Positions 9,797 through 19,398 of a stretch of DNA of 64,000 bases are shown one piece after another. The notes beneath the pieces were generated by a model that saw only the letters and a program-made list of their open reading frames with translations, had not been told where the DNA came from and did no database searches. A program made the position numbers and the translations under genes. Each line of letters begins with the position of its first letter. Position 1 is the stretch's first letter. This DNA comes from an uncultured Enterobacteriaceae bacterium (GTDB lineage Bacteria > Pseudomonadota > Gammaproteobacteria > Burkholderiales > SG8-39), in contig CAZMGP010000028.1 of the NCBI GenBank assembly GCA_964565875.1, positions 158 to 64,157 of the forward strand. The letters run 5' to 3'.

Positions 9797-11980
9797 TCAT
9801 TGAGCGACTCTCCCAACCTCGGCTGGCTCGGCTGGCAGCCACGTTCGCCCGAATATTTCCGCATTAGCTTCGCCAAGGAGTCCGATTGGGCGGGGAACCA
9901 CGGTCGGGGTTCGAGCCATGCGCAGAGGTGAAGTCAGCATGGGCCACTTCATACCGTTTCCGCTGCCATAGACAATGAGTTCGCGCGCAATCACCTGGGG
10001 ATGGTCCACGATGTCGCTTACAGTATTCACAGCTGCAGCACACAGTCCGGAGGCGGCCGCCGCTTGAACCATTTCGGCACGAGAGCGCTGCGCGCGCGCC
10101 TGTGTCGGACTCAATCCAGACTGGCTCAGCCAGATTTGAAGCTGTACCGGCGCGCCCTCAATCACCGCAAATCCATCGCAACATTGCACCACGATCGAAT
10201 CCATGCCGCGTGCTGCGCGGCCCCATTCCATTTGCGTAATCCACGCGCCGACGTCTTGCATTGCAATGTCGATACTCTGCCCCAGGCCGCTACGTTCCCT
10301 ATATTCAAGCGCGGCCAATATGGCACACAGCGCGAGCTCGCCGCCCATGACATCCGCCGCAGATATACCGGTCTTGGTCGGGGCCCCATGCGGGCGCGTC
10401 AAATCCATGAAACCGCACATTGCCTGCACCACCGTGTCGAACGCCGGGCGGCCAGGGTAAACGGAGTCGGCACCAAAGCCGGAAATCGCGCAATACACCA
10501 AACGCGGATTTGCCTGGGCGAGCTCCGCGGCGCTGAATCCAAGACGCGCCAGCGAGCCTGGTTTCAGGTTTTCCACTAGCACGTCCGCGCTATGCAACAG
10601 TGATTGCAACTGCGCCTTGTCCTCGGCTCTATTCAGATCCAAGGCCAGACTTCTCTTATTGCTGTTGTTAAGAGTGAAGAAGTATCCCTGTTGCCCCTGT
10701 TGTGGTTCCCAGTGCCGCGAGCCTTCGCCTCCCGGCGGTTCGATCTTTAGCACTTCGGCCCCCAGTGCACCCATCTGGCGCGCCACCAGCGGGGCTGTAG
10801 TGAATTGCCCAAGCTCCAACACGCGCACACCGTCAAGCGGAGCAGCAACCCGCCCGCTGCCGCGTACCGGTCGCTTCGCCGCGCGCCGGGTGAGTCCGAG
10901 ACATCGCGCTTCGAGATTAGTCCGATCCTGATCCGGCCGCGCGATACTTACTGGTGCGATCCCTGGTGTGCGCGTAGCCTTAATTGGAGATCCAGGGAGC
11001 GCAATCTCCCGCCCGACAACGGGATCTAAACAACGGCGCACCATATCCCTGTGCTGCAGGTTTTCATGTTCAAGCAACTGCTCCACAGTAACGATCGGGC
11101 CACAGGCAATCCCAATCTCGGCAAGACGCTCCACGCACCGACTCACCGTCAATCCGGCCACCCATGCCTGTACCAAGGTGTCGACCTCTGCCAGGCGCGC
11201 TACACGTTCTGGATTGGTATCAAATCCTGCGTGATCGCCTCCAAGAACGTCGCGCAGCCGCCGCCACTGCTCGTCGGTTGCAGTGCAGATCAGGACCCAC
11301 CCGTCGCTTGCCCGATATGCGTTCCAAGGGGCGGTGAGCGCATGCCGATTCGCCGAGCGGGAGATGGTTTTCCCAACCATGGGGAATGGAAGGAAAGTCG
11401 ACAAAGCGGCTACCGCGCAGTCGAATAATGCAATCTCCACGTCTTGCCCCATTGTGCAGCTTTGCCGCACCCGGAGGGCCGCAAGAACCGCGGACACGGC
11501 GTAAATTCCTGCGGCGAACTCAAGCACTTCGAATCCGATGATGCTCGGCGGGCCAGCCGGATCGCCGGTGGTGTCGGCAACGCCTGCCAGCGCCTGGACC
11601 AGGGTGTCCGAATACGCTCGGTGCGCGAGCGGACCGCAAGCACCAAAAGCCGTGATGTCGCATACGACTTGTTGCTGACCTTTTGACCACTTCGGCGCGG
11701 ACGTGACGTCGCTGGACAACAGCACCACGTCGGCAGATTCCAACAGCGCGCGCGTGACGCCACGGGGATCGGAGCAGTCGTCCACGAGACTGCGTTTTCC
11801 GGCGGCCATGACGGCGCGGTTACGCCATTTGTGCGCAGCCAGGCCGGTGTGCGTTGGTTCAACAAGAATCACTTCCGCGCCAAGCTGCGCCAACAGCGAG
11901 CCGCAAGCCCCGACCCCGACACGATCCCCCAATTCCAGCACCAGCAGATCAGAAAGTGCGCCGGGCATGCTCATGGACAC
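9797..11980 (-). CDS. Tandem two-domain family III CoA-transferase (CaiB-CaiB fusion)
   Basis: 727 aa with two repeats: LSDLLVLEL...LGAEVILVEP...ITAFG and LDGVRVLEL...LGAEVLKIEPP...NSNKRSLALDL...ISGFG. Confidence 0.88.
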   Translation of the reverse strand: MSMSMPGALSDLLVLELGDRVGVGACGSLLAQLGAEVILVEPTHTGLAAHKWRNRAVMAAGKRSLVDDCSDPRGVTRALLESADVVLLSSDVTSAPKWSKGQQQVVCDITAFGACGPLAHRAYSDTLVQALAGVADTTGDPAGPPSIIGFEVLEFAAGIYAVSAVLAALRVRQSCTMGQDVEIALFDCAVAALSTFLPFPMVGKTISRSANRHALTAPWNAYRASDGWVLICTATDEQWRRLRDVLGGDHAGFDTNPERVARLAEVDTLVQAWVAGLTVSRCVERLAEIGIACGPIVTVEQLLEHENLQHRDMVRRCLDPVVGREIALPGSPIKATRTPGIAPVSIARPDQDRTNLEARCLGLTRRAAKRPVRGSGRVAAPLDGVRVLELGQFTTAPLVARQMGALGAEVLKIEPPGGEGSRHWEPQQGQQGYFFTLNNSNKRSLALDLNRAEDKAQLQSLLHSADVLVENLKPGSLARLGFSAAELAQANPRLVYCAISGFGADSVYPGRPAFDTVVQAMCGFMDLTRPHGAPTKTGISAADVMGGELALCAILAALEYRERSGLGQSIDIAMQDVGAWITQMEWGRAARGMDSIVVQCCDGFAVIEGAPVQLQIWLSQSGLSPTQARAQRSRAEMVQAAAASGLCAAAVNTVSDIVDHPQVIARELIVYGSGNGMKWPMLTSPLRMARTPTVVPRPIGLLGEANAEIFGRTWLPAEPAEVGRVAQ

Positions 11981-12110
11981 ACACGCGCTGACCGAGCCGC
12001 GCCGGCACCGGATCCTCGCGGCAGCGCAACTAGCACCAAAAGGAAGATGGTACGGTGCGATTGAAACATCGATGTGGTCATCCGGCGGGTAAGTGGCGTC
12101 TGCACGGCGT

Positions 12111-12899
12111 TCAAGCCATGGTGAATCCGCCGTTCACACTCAATACCTGCCCGGTGATCCATGCAGCTTGCTCCCCAGCCAGGAAGGCTACTGCCGCGGC
12201 AATATCGTCCGGTTCACCCAGGCGACCGGTGGGATACATTTTCAGTACGGTCTTGACCCTGCGCCCATACTTCTCTTCGCCCATTTGCGCCCGCAACTTC
12301 GCTTCGCGCTCCTGCCTCAGCTCCGTGTTGGTTGCTCCGGGGGATACAACATTGAGCGTTACGCCGCTCGGCCCGACCTCCTGCGCTACCGATTTGACCA
12401 AGGCTATGAGACCGGCTTTGGCAGCCGCATAGTAGGACAATCGTGCCTGTCCGAGTCGAGCGGAGTCCGATGCCAGACAAACGACGCGCCCGTATCCGCG
12501 TTCCCGCATCGGCGGCAGCAGGGCGTGCATGCACAGCATCGGTCCCTGCAGACAGACGTCGAACATGCGGCGCCAGTCGCCCGGTTTCGAATCCAAGAAC
12601 AACTTGTCGTCAAGAATGGCAGCACTGCTGATGAATATATCCACGGCGCCCAAGTTGGCCGTGGCGGATTGCACCATTGCCCGAACATCAGCTTCGGAGC
12701 TTATGTCGCATCGGATACCCAACGCGCGTGCACCGGTTTCCCGTGTCATTTCGGCCGCGGCCGCGGCAACGCGTTCACCATCGATATCCACCAGAACCAA
12801 ACTTGCCCCGCCTCGCGCCAGGATGCGTGCGCTCGCATTGCCTATGCCACGCGCCCCTCCGGTAATCAGTGCGACCTTGCCGTCAAATCCGAAATTCAT
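12111..12899 (-). CDS. SDR oxidoreductase, BadH-like
   Basis: TGGARGIG, ASDSARLG, YAAAK, NVVSPGAT motifs; adjacent to a BadI/MenB-like crotonase. Confidence 0.85.
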   Translation of the reverse strand: MNFGFDGKVALITGGARGIGNASARILARGGASLVLVDIDGERVAAAAAEMTRETGARALGIRCDISSEADVRAMVQSATANLGAVDIFISSAAILDDKLFLDSKPGDWRRMFDVCLQGPMLCMHALLPPMRERGYGRVVCLASDSARLGQARLSYYAAAKAGLIALVKSVAQEVGPSGVTLNVVSPGATNTELRQEREAKLRAQMGEEKYGRRVKTVLKMYPTGRLGEPDDIAAAVAFLAGEQAAWITGQVLSVNGGFTMA

Positions 12900-12918
12900 T
12901 TGCCCACCCCCCCAAGTT

Positions 12919-13716
12919 CTACATGCCCTTGCGACGAAAGCGCCGGAATTCCGGTTTGCGCTTTTCCAGAAATGCCCTTATGCCTTCCATGTTTTCTTCA
13001 TTGCCGTAGATTGAAGCCAGTAAGGCGCTGGCTGGGAAGAACGACGAGTAGAATTCCTGATCCGAACCAGCATTGAGCGCCAGCTTGGCTATGCGCAGGC
13101 TCTGCGGGCTCTTGCTGAGAATTTCTTGACACCAGTCGTCCACCGCTCGGTCGAGCTCTTCGGCCTTCCACACTTCGTTGATCAGACCCATCGCCAATGC
13201 TTCCTGCGCCGTGTACAACCGGCACCCAAACACCATTTCCCGCGCCTTCCTCTCGCCTATATAGCGCGCCAGCAGCTGACACGCACCCCAGATCGGAATG
13301 CTGCCAACACGCGGTCCAGTCTGACCGAACTTGGCGTCCTCGCTCGCTATCGAAAGGTCGGCGAACAGATGGATTTCGTTGCCGCCACCCACGCAGAAGC
13401 CGCGGATCTTGGCAATGATAGGTTTGTCCAGCATACGCATCACCGACGACAGCGCGAACAGGCGCCGCATATGCGCCCGTCCAACATCAGGTGTCCTGCT
13501 CGATTGGTCGCCCACATCACCGCCAGAGCAAAACGCCTTGTCGCCTGCGCCAGTAATTACCACCACCCCCACTTCGGCGTCGTCGGCCGCCGCGTGCACC
13601 GCGTGTGTGAGCTCCTCGTAAGTCGACGGCCGCACGGCATTACGCTTCTCCGGTCGATTGATCGTAATCGTGGCCACCCCATCATTGACCTGATAAAGAA
13701 TATCGCGATAGTTCAA
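12919..13716 (-). CDS. BadI/MenB-subfamily crotonase (putative ring-opening beta-ketoacyl-CoA hydrolase)
   Basis: ITINRPEKRNA, GAGDKAFCSGGD, FGQTGPRVGS, GERKAREM motifs; likely TTG start at 13716 behind GGAG. Confidence 0.85.
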   Translation of the reverse strand: MNYRDILYQVNDGVATITINRPEKRNAVRPSTYEELTHAVHAAADDAEVGVVVITGAGDKAFCSGGDVGDQSSRTPDVGRAHMRRLFALSSVMRMLDKPIIAKIRGFCVGGGNEIHLFADLSIASEDAKFGQTGPRVGSIPIWGACQLLARYIGERKAREMVFGCRLYTAQEALAMGLINEVWKAEELDRAVDDWCQEILSKSPQSLRIAKLALNAGSDQEFYSSFFPASALLASIYGNEENMEGIRAFLEKRKPEFRRFRRKGM

Positions 13717-13821
13717 GCTCGTTCTCCAGTTGTTTTCCGATACGGCCAACACTCAAGCACCATTTGCGGGCTGCGCACATTCGCGAGCGCAGATCAAACC
13801 TTAATCGCTCAAGTCATCTGT

Positions 13822-13857
13822 GTCAACTAAAATGAGACTGGTTTCATTGCTTGGAAC
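13822..13857. promoter_or_regulatory. Putative IclR operator, GTTTCATTGCTTGGAAC (13841-13857) plus an adjacent half-site
   Basis: Imperfect palindrome matching the sites at 19478 and 25163; lies upstream of the leftward operon. Confidence 0.55.
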
Positions 13858-14052
13858 TTTCGAAACAACGTCACATGGGCAGCACTGCTGCTCAATGATG
13901 ATTAGATGTGGTTCTTACTTCGCTTGCTAAAAATTGACGTGGAGTCGTGCCGGGGACAGCACGTAAAGTTAGCCACGTGCCCTTCGCGCAATACGCCCTA
14001 TTCCGTTCGAAAGTGGGTGTGGCTAGCCCACCTCTCCTAGTGACGCGCGCGG

Positions 14053-14802
14053 CTAAGTTGCGTCGCCGCCGCTTACGCTTGCACCGAGGCGCCGAGAAAT
14101 ATCCTCGGCGGCTTTCACCACCAGCCGGATGAAATCCTTCTCTTTAGGCCGAGCACGAACAGTCGGCGCGGTGATGGTAATGCAGTATTTCACTTCGCCG
14201 TCAACTTCCCGGATTGGGGCTGAAACAGCGGCGAGGCCGAGTACGCGCTCGTCATAGGTGACACCATACCCACGCTGGCGGATCTGCTCCAACTCGGCTA
14301 CCAGGTCCGTACGCTTGCGCTTGCCTGCCTTGGCGGCATAGGTGATTACTTTTTGCTGTTCCTTCTTCGGCAGATGTGCCATTAGCGTCTTCGCCGATGC
14401 GCCATCGATCAGCGGCACGTGCATACCCGGTCTGGAGACACTCATCAGCGAAGATGGCACGTCGATGACATCCACGCACACCCGGTCGCGACCACTGACT
14501 GTGTTCAGGGTAACTGCTTCATGGCTGCGCTCGGCGAGTTCCGTCATTATCGGCCGTGCAATCTGGCGAACGTTGAGTGTGTTGTTGACCAGTCCTGCGA
14601 GGCGAGTGAAACGATGCGACAGGCAATACGACTGGTTCTCGAGGCGCACCAGATATCCTGCCTTGTCCAGACTCTGCACCAACCTGAAGGCCGTGGACTT
14701 GGTGAGATGGCTACGATCGGCGATCTTCTGCAGGGTCAGGCTGGTGCTGGCCGCATTGAAGCTCTCGAAAATCGCCAAAATACGCTGCACGGATCGCATC
14801 AT
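14053..14802 (-). CDS. IclR family transcriptional regulator
   Basis: RSVQRILAIFESF, LTKSTAFRLVQSL HTH, IRQRGYG and AAVSAPI motifs. Confidence 0.93.
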   Translation of the reverse strand: MMRSVQRILAIFESFNAASTSLTLQKIADRSHLTKSTAFRLVQSLDKAGYLVRLENQSYCLSHRFTRLAGLVNNTLNVRQIARPIMTELAERSHEAVTLNTVSGRDRVCVDVIDVPSSLMSVSRPGMHVPLIDGASAKTLMAHLPKKEQQKVITYAAKAGKRKRTDLVAELEQIRQRGYGVTYDERVLGLAAVSAPIREVDGEVKYCITITAPTVRARPKEKDFIRLVVKAAEDISRRLGASVSGGDAT

Positions 14803-14951
14803 CTGTCATTAATCCAGTGAAAAACAAAACATTCGTTTGTCGTCCAATGATAGCAAGTAGATTTGCCGAAGGGAACAAGGTTCACGCGCCTGCATCGTCC
14901 ACATCAGCTGCCGCTTCGCCGGCCGGGGAGTCTTGTTCGTCACTGCAATGA

Positions 14952-15803
14952 TCAGGCAAATTCGACGGCCATCGACAACGCGAGCGCAGCCTGATCATCA
15001 AGCGCCCATAATTTGGCGGACTTGCCATCAGCCGCCGGTTCGCCACACAAGCTGACCAGCCGATTGACGAACAGCGGGCGCACATTCCGCGCAACTATGT
15101 ATTTGAGCGGTGTCGCCGCGTTGCTGCGTGCAAGTTCGAACGCGAGCAAGGTCGTGAGCCCGCCATTCATCACTAAATCCGGGTAGCCTTCAGTCTTGGT
15201 CACGTAAGGGTAATCGTAGTGAATACGATGACCGTTGAAGGTAAGGGCAGAATAGCGGAACAACATTACCGGGTCCGGGTTGACGATTTTGCTCCAGATC
15301 GCCTTGCCCGGTGCGGCTTGCGGTGCGGGAGGTGCCGCGTTTGGATCGGATTCGCCGCGATAGACGATATCCTGCTCTTCGCTGATCGCCAGTCCGCGCG
15401 GGCTATGAATATCGGTCTTGACTGTGACGAATACCATTTCGCCGCTGCGCCCCTGCTTGAGCGCAATGTCCTTGATCGTCGACTCACGCCGAACTTCATC
15501 GCCTACCCGCAAATCCGCATAGATGCTGATGCGCTTGCCGGCGAACATTCGCCGCGGCAGCGGCACCGGAGGCAGAAAGTCGCCACGCTTCGGGTGGCCG
15601 TCAACGCCCAGCTGCGACTGCCGCGCGACGCGCGGAAACAGAATCGAATGCCAGCCGATTGGTAACGGATCGCCTACGCAAGGCATCGGGTCGTCGCGGT
15701 CGAGTGTGGCCGCAAGGCGCTGTACCGCAGGGATGGTCACGTAGTCTACTGCGGACTCGCGCTGGCCAATCCATTCCTTGAGCTTCTCCAAGTCTTGATT
15801 CAC
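14952..15803 (-). CDS. MaoC/hot-dog dehydratase, itaconyl-CoA hydratase (Ich)/mesaconyl-CoA hydratase-like
   Basis: DGHPKRGDFLPPVPLPRRMFAG, EEQDIVYR, LFRYSALTFNGHRIHYDYPY motifs. Confidence 0.85.
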   Translation of the reverse strand: MNQDLEKLKEWIGQRESAVDYVTIPAVQRLAATLDRDDPMPCVGDPLPIGWHSILFPRVARQSQLGVDGHPKRGDFLPPVPLPRRMFAGKRISIYADLRVGDEVRRESTIKDIALKQGRSGEMVFVTVKTDIHSPRGLAISEEQDIVYRGESDPNAAPPAPQAAPGKAIWSKIVNPDPVMLFRYSALTFNGHRIHYDYPYVTKTEGYPDLVMNGGLTTLLAFELARSNAATPLKYIVARNVRPLFVNRLVSLCGEPAADGKSAKLWALDDQAALALSMAVEFA

Positions 15804-15825
15804 GTCGGTCTATCCGATAGTTGTG

Positions 15826-16986
15826 TCAGAACGATCTGGGCATGCCGAGCACATGCTGCCCGATATACGACAGAATCAGATTAGGGGAAATAGGCGCCAC
15901 CAGGTGCAGCCGAGTTTCGCGGAATTTGCGTTCGACGTCGTATTCCGCCGCAAAGCCAAAGCCACCGTGCGTCTGCATGCAGACGTTGGCAGCCTCCCAC
16001 GAGGCTTCGGCCGCCAACAATTTCGCCATATTGGCTTGGGCTCCGCACTCTTTCTTGGCATCGAACAGCGAGGCAGCCCTAAAGCGCATCAAATTTGCCG
16101 CCTCGACTTTTGTATAGGCGCTCGCAATCGGAAATTGAATTCCCTGATTCTGTCCGATCGGCCGGTCGAACACCACGCGCTCCTTGGCGTAGGCGCTGGC
16201 CTTGTCGATGAACCAGTAGCCGTCGCCGACGCACTCCGCAGCAATTAGGACCCGCTCGACGTTGAGACCATCGAGAAGGTATTTGAATCCCTTGTTTTCC
16301 TCGCCGATGAGATTCTCCTCCGGAATTTCAAGGTCATCGAAGAATACTTCGTTTGTCTCGTGGTTTACCATATTGCGTATCGGTCGAACGGTCATGCCCT
16401 TGCCCAGCGCGGCGCGTACGTCGACTAGGAAGATCGACATGCCTTCGGATTTCTTCTTAATTTGGTCAAGGGGCATAGTGCGGGCGAGCAATACCATCAG
16501 TTCAGAATGTTGCAGACGAGACGTCCACACTTTCTGTCCATTGACGACGTATCGATCGCCGCGTTTCTGTGCAAAAGTCTTGATCTTGGTGGTATCGGAG
16601 CCGGCACCCGGCTCAGTTACCGCCATCGACTGCATTCGCAGTTCGCCCGAGGCGATTTTCGGCAGGTAGCGCTGCTTCTGCGCTTCGGAACCATGCCGCA
16701 GCAAGGTTCCCATGTTGTACATCTGGCCATGGCAGGAACCGGCATTGCCACCCGAGCGGTTGATTTCCTCCATGATCACCGACGCTTCTGTGACCGAAAG
16801 TCCCGATCCGCCGTACTGCTCTGGAATCAGCGCTGCGAGCCAGCCAGCTTCGGTCAATGCACGAACGAAATCGTCCGGATAGCCGCGTTCGTCGTCGATC
16901 TTGCGCCAATATTCGCCGGGAAAAGTGTTGCACAGGGCGCGCACCGCGTCGCGCAAGCTTGAATGATCATCGGATTGATTCGTCAT
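15826..16986 (-). CDS. Acyl-CoA dehydrogenase (type often found beside ich; possibly methylsuccinyl-CoA-type)
   Basis: IPEQYGGSGL, AVTEPGAGSD, NGQKVWTS, HGGFGFAAEYDVERKFRE motifs. Confidence 0.9.
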   Translation of the reverse strand: MTNQSDDHSSLRDAVRALCNTFPGEYWRKIDDERGYPDDFVRALTEAGWLAALIPEQYGGSGLSVTEASVIMEEINRSGGNAGSCHGQMYNMGTLLRHGSEAQKQRYLPKIASGELRMQSMAVTEPGAGSDTTKIKTFAQKRGDRYVVNGQKVWTSRLQHSELMVLLARTMPLDQIKKKSEGMSIFLVDVRAALGKGMTVRPIRNMVNHETNEVFFDDLEIPEENLIGEENKGFKYLLDGLNVERVLIAAECVGDGYWFIDKASAYAKERVVFDRPIGQNQGIQFPIASAYTKVEAANLMRFRAASLFDAKKECGAQANMAKLLAAEASWEAANVCMQTHGGFGFAAEYDVERKFRETRLHLVAPISPNLILSYIGQHVLGMPRSF

Positions 16987-17082
16987 GTCGTCCTCGATTA
17001 ATTTAAAAAAATGCGCATTGCGCTTACCCGCCTGCCACGCGGTACCCCGGCTTTAGATATACAGCATGAAATTCCGGTCACG

Positions 17083-18198
17083 TCACGCTTGGCGCACCGG
17101 TTTGAGAAAATCGCCCCCGCGCATTGCCGGATGCGAGCGTTCGTACTGCTTCGGATAGAATGTGCTTTCTCCAAGTTCCACGGCCGCGCGCCACGGCCAA
17201 CGCGGATCGAACAGCATGCCGCGTCCGAGCGCCACCAGATCTGCCTTGCCCGAAGTGAGGATCTCCTCCGCTTGACGTGCCTCGGTGATCAATCCCACGG
17301 CCATAGTCGCCATACCAGTTTCGCGGCGAATGCGCTCGGCAAACGGAACCTGATAGCCAGGATAGACATTGAGCTTTTGCTCAGCGGTAACACCGCCGCT
17401 TGATGCGGTGATGTAATCGCAGCCGCGCTCGCGCAACCTTGTGGCCAGTTCCACGCTATCGTCCAGTGTCCAGCCGCCCTCGGCCCAGTCGGTTGCCGAC
17501 AGACGCATTCCCAGCGGCTTGCTCTCGGGCCATACAGCGCGGATGGCGTCGAACACCTCCAGCGCGAAACGCATACGCCCGTTTCGGTTTGCGCCGTACT
17601 CGTCCTCGCGTTGATTGGATAGCGGCGAGAGAAAACTGTGTATCAGATAGCCGTGTGCACCATGAATTTCGAGCAGATCGAAGCCGATGCGGTCGGCTCG
17701 CTGTGCCGCAGTCGAGAACGCGCGGAGGATGCGTTTGATTCCCTGCGTGTCCAGGGCCTTTGGAATAACGCGGCCGGCGTGCGCAATTGCCGACGGCCCG
17801 CATATTTCCCATCCGCCTTCTTCCGGTGGAACCGGTCGCTGGCCTTCCCAAGCAACGGTGCAGGAGCCCTTGCGCCCCGCATGGTAGAGCTGCATGCCGA
17901 GCCTGGAACCGCCGTGCGCGCGACAAAAGCGGACAACTCTCGCAAGCGCGTCGACATGATCGTCCGACCAGATGCCGAGATCATGCTTGCTAATGCGGCC
18001 GCTCGCCTCCACGGCCGTCGCTTCGGTAATGATCAATCCGGCGCCCGACATTGCCAGGTGGCCGAGGTGCATCAAATGCCATTCAGTCGCGTGCCCTGAA
18101 ACCTCGGCGGAGTATTGGCCCAACGGGGAGACGACAATTCTATTTGGCAATTCGAGCTGGCGTAGCCCGAACGGCGAAAACAATCTTGTGTGTGACAC
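17083..18198 (-). CDS. NADH:flavin oxidoreductase / old yellow enzyme (YqjM/XenA-like)
   Basis: NRIVVSP, HAGRKGS, EIHGAHGYLIHSFLSPLSNQREDEYG motifs; GTG 18198 behind GGAGG. Confidence 0.9.
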   Translation of the reverse strand: MSHTRLFSPFGLRQLELPNRIVVSPLGQYSAEVSGHATEWHLMHLGHLAMSGAGLIITEATAVEASGRISKHDLGIWSDDHVDALARVVRFCRAHGGSRLGMQLYHAGRKGSCTVAWEGQRPVPPEEGGWEICGPSAIAHAGRVIPKALDTQGIKRILRAFSTAAQRADRIGFDLLEIHGAHGYLIHSFLSPLSNQREDEYGANRNGRMRFALEVFDAIRAVWPESKPLGMRLSATDWAEGGWTLDDSVELATRLRERGCDYITASSGGVTAEQKLNVYPGYQVPFAERIRRETGMATMAVGLITEARQAEEILTSGKADLVALGRGMLFDPRWPWRAAVELGESTFYPKQYERSHPAMRGGDFLKPVRQA

Positions 18199-18222
18199 GA
18201 GGCATCCCTCCTTGAATGTCAC

Positions 18223-19398
18223 TCAGTCGCGGGCTCGCGCGAAACCACGGAAGGCTTCGACACCGGTAAGTTCGCGGCCGTGAATTAGCGAGAGAATCTC
18301 GTTGGTACCATCTGGTATCGGCAGCATGCAGATGTCACGGTAAAGCATTTCGACGCGCGCTTCCTGCGATAGGCCCATGGCCCCAAGGACGTTCATTGCT
18401 TGCCATGCCGCCTCGCGACAGGAATTTTGCGCAAAACGCTTGGCCATTGCAGCGGCGCCTTCGGCCGCCCCCCCGCGGTCGATCAACCCCAGAGCGTAGT
18501 AGCACAGCAGACGGGATGCGGTGATCGCGGTCACGCAGTCGGACAGATTCTTTTGCACCAATTGGTGGCCGGCAATCACTTTTCCGAATTGCTTGCGAAC
18601 CTTGGCATATTCCAGCGCGATATCGTATGCCCCCTGCGCCAGATGTACCGCCTGCAACCCGATAAGCGGTCGATTAACCATCCAAGTCGTCTTCAATATT
18701 TCGGTACCACCGGCGCGCGACTCGATTACGTTTTCCGGCGGCACCTCGCAGTTATCAAAAACAGCCTCGCCCAAGATCCCCTGACGCATGCCGATGGTAT
18801 CGATGGCACGAGTATCGAAGGGTACATGCTCGCGCTCGATCACCACTTTCACCACCTGATTCCCCTTATCGCCTTCACGCCAGTCGCGGCAGGTCACGAT
18901 CATGACATCACAGGCCGTGACGTTGGTAATCCACATTTTGCTGCCGCTCAAGACCAACTTCGTACCGTGCCGGGTCAGCCGGGTCTTGATACCGCGTGGA
19001 TCGGAGCCCGTGTCTGGTTCGGTCGATCCGGTGCAGCAGATCTTCCGTCCCGCGATGAGATCTGGCAGAAAGCGTTTGCGCTGTGATTCGCTGCACTCGG
19101 CATAAATGCGCGCGATTGCGCCTTCGTGAGCGATCAAGGCGATTCCGATCGCAGCCGGAATTTGTTCGAACATGATGCCGTAATCGAGCATACGTATGCC
19201 GGGACCGCCTGCAGATTCCGGCAGCCGCGGCGCAGTAAGCCCGAGGTCGGCGAACTTGGCCAGTATCTCGAGAAACGCCGACTTCGGCAGCGGCCGATTG
19301 TGATCGTGCCGATCGAGCAACGGCGCTACATCGCGCTCGACCATGCGTCGCGCGGCGTCACGCATCAATTCCTGCTCTGCGCTTAACTGAAAGTCCAT
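18223..19398 (-). CDS. Acyl-CoA dehydrogenase
   Basis: MDFQLSAEQ, STEPDTGSD, GSKMWIT, RKQFGKVI, IPDGTNEI motifs. Confidence 0.9.
   Translation of the reverse strand: MDFQLSAEQELMRDAARRMVERDVAPLLDRHDHNRPLPKSAFLEILAKFADLGLTAPRLPESAGGPGIRMLDYGIMFEQIPAAIGIALIAHEGAIARIYAECSESQRKRFLPDLIAGRKICCTGSTEPDTGSDPRGIKTRLTRHGTKLVLSGSKMWITNVTACDVMIVTCRDWREGDKGNQVVKVVIEREHVPFDTRAIDTIGMRQGILGEAVFDNCEVPPENVIESRAGGTEILKTTWMVNRPLIGLQAVHLAQGAYDIALEYAKVRKQFGKVIAGHQLVQKNLSDCVTAITASRLLCYYALGLIDRGGAAEGAAAMAKRFAQNSCREAAWQAMNVLGAMGLSQEARVEMLYRDICMLPIPDGTNEILSLIHGRELTGVEAFRGFARARD

Noticed and set aside
12919-13716. menB (menaquinone biosynthesis) assignment, also for 44878-45657
   Set aside because: No other men genes nearby; the context with BadH-like SDRs favours catabolic ring cleavage.
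17056-17072. Possible IclR site GATATACAGCATGAAAT upstream of ACAD 16986
   Set aside because: Only the right half matches the consensus.
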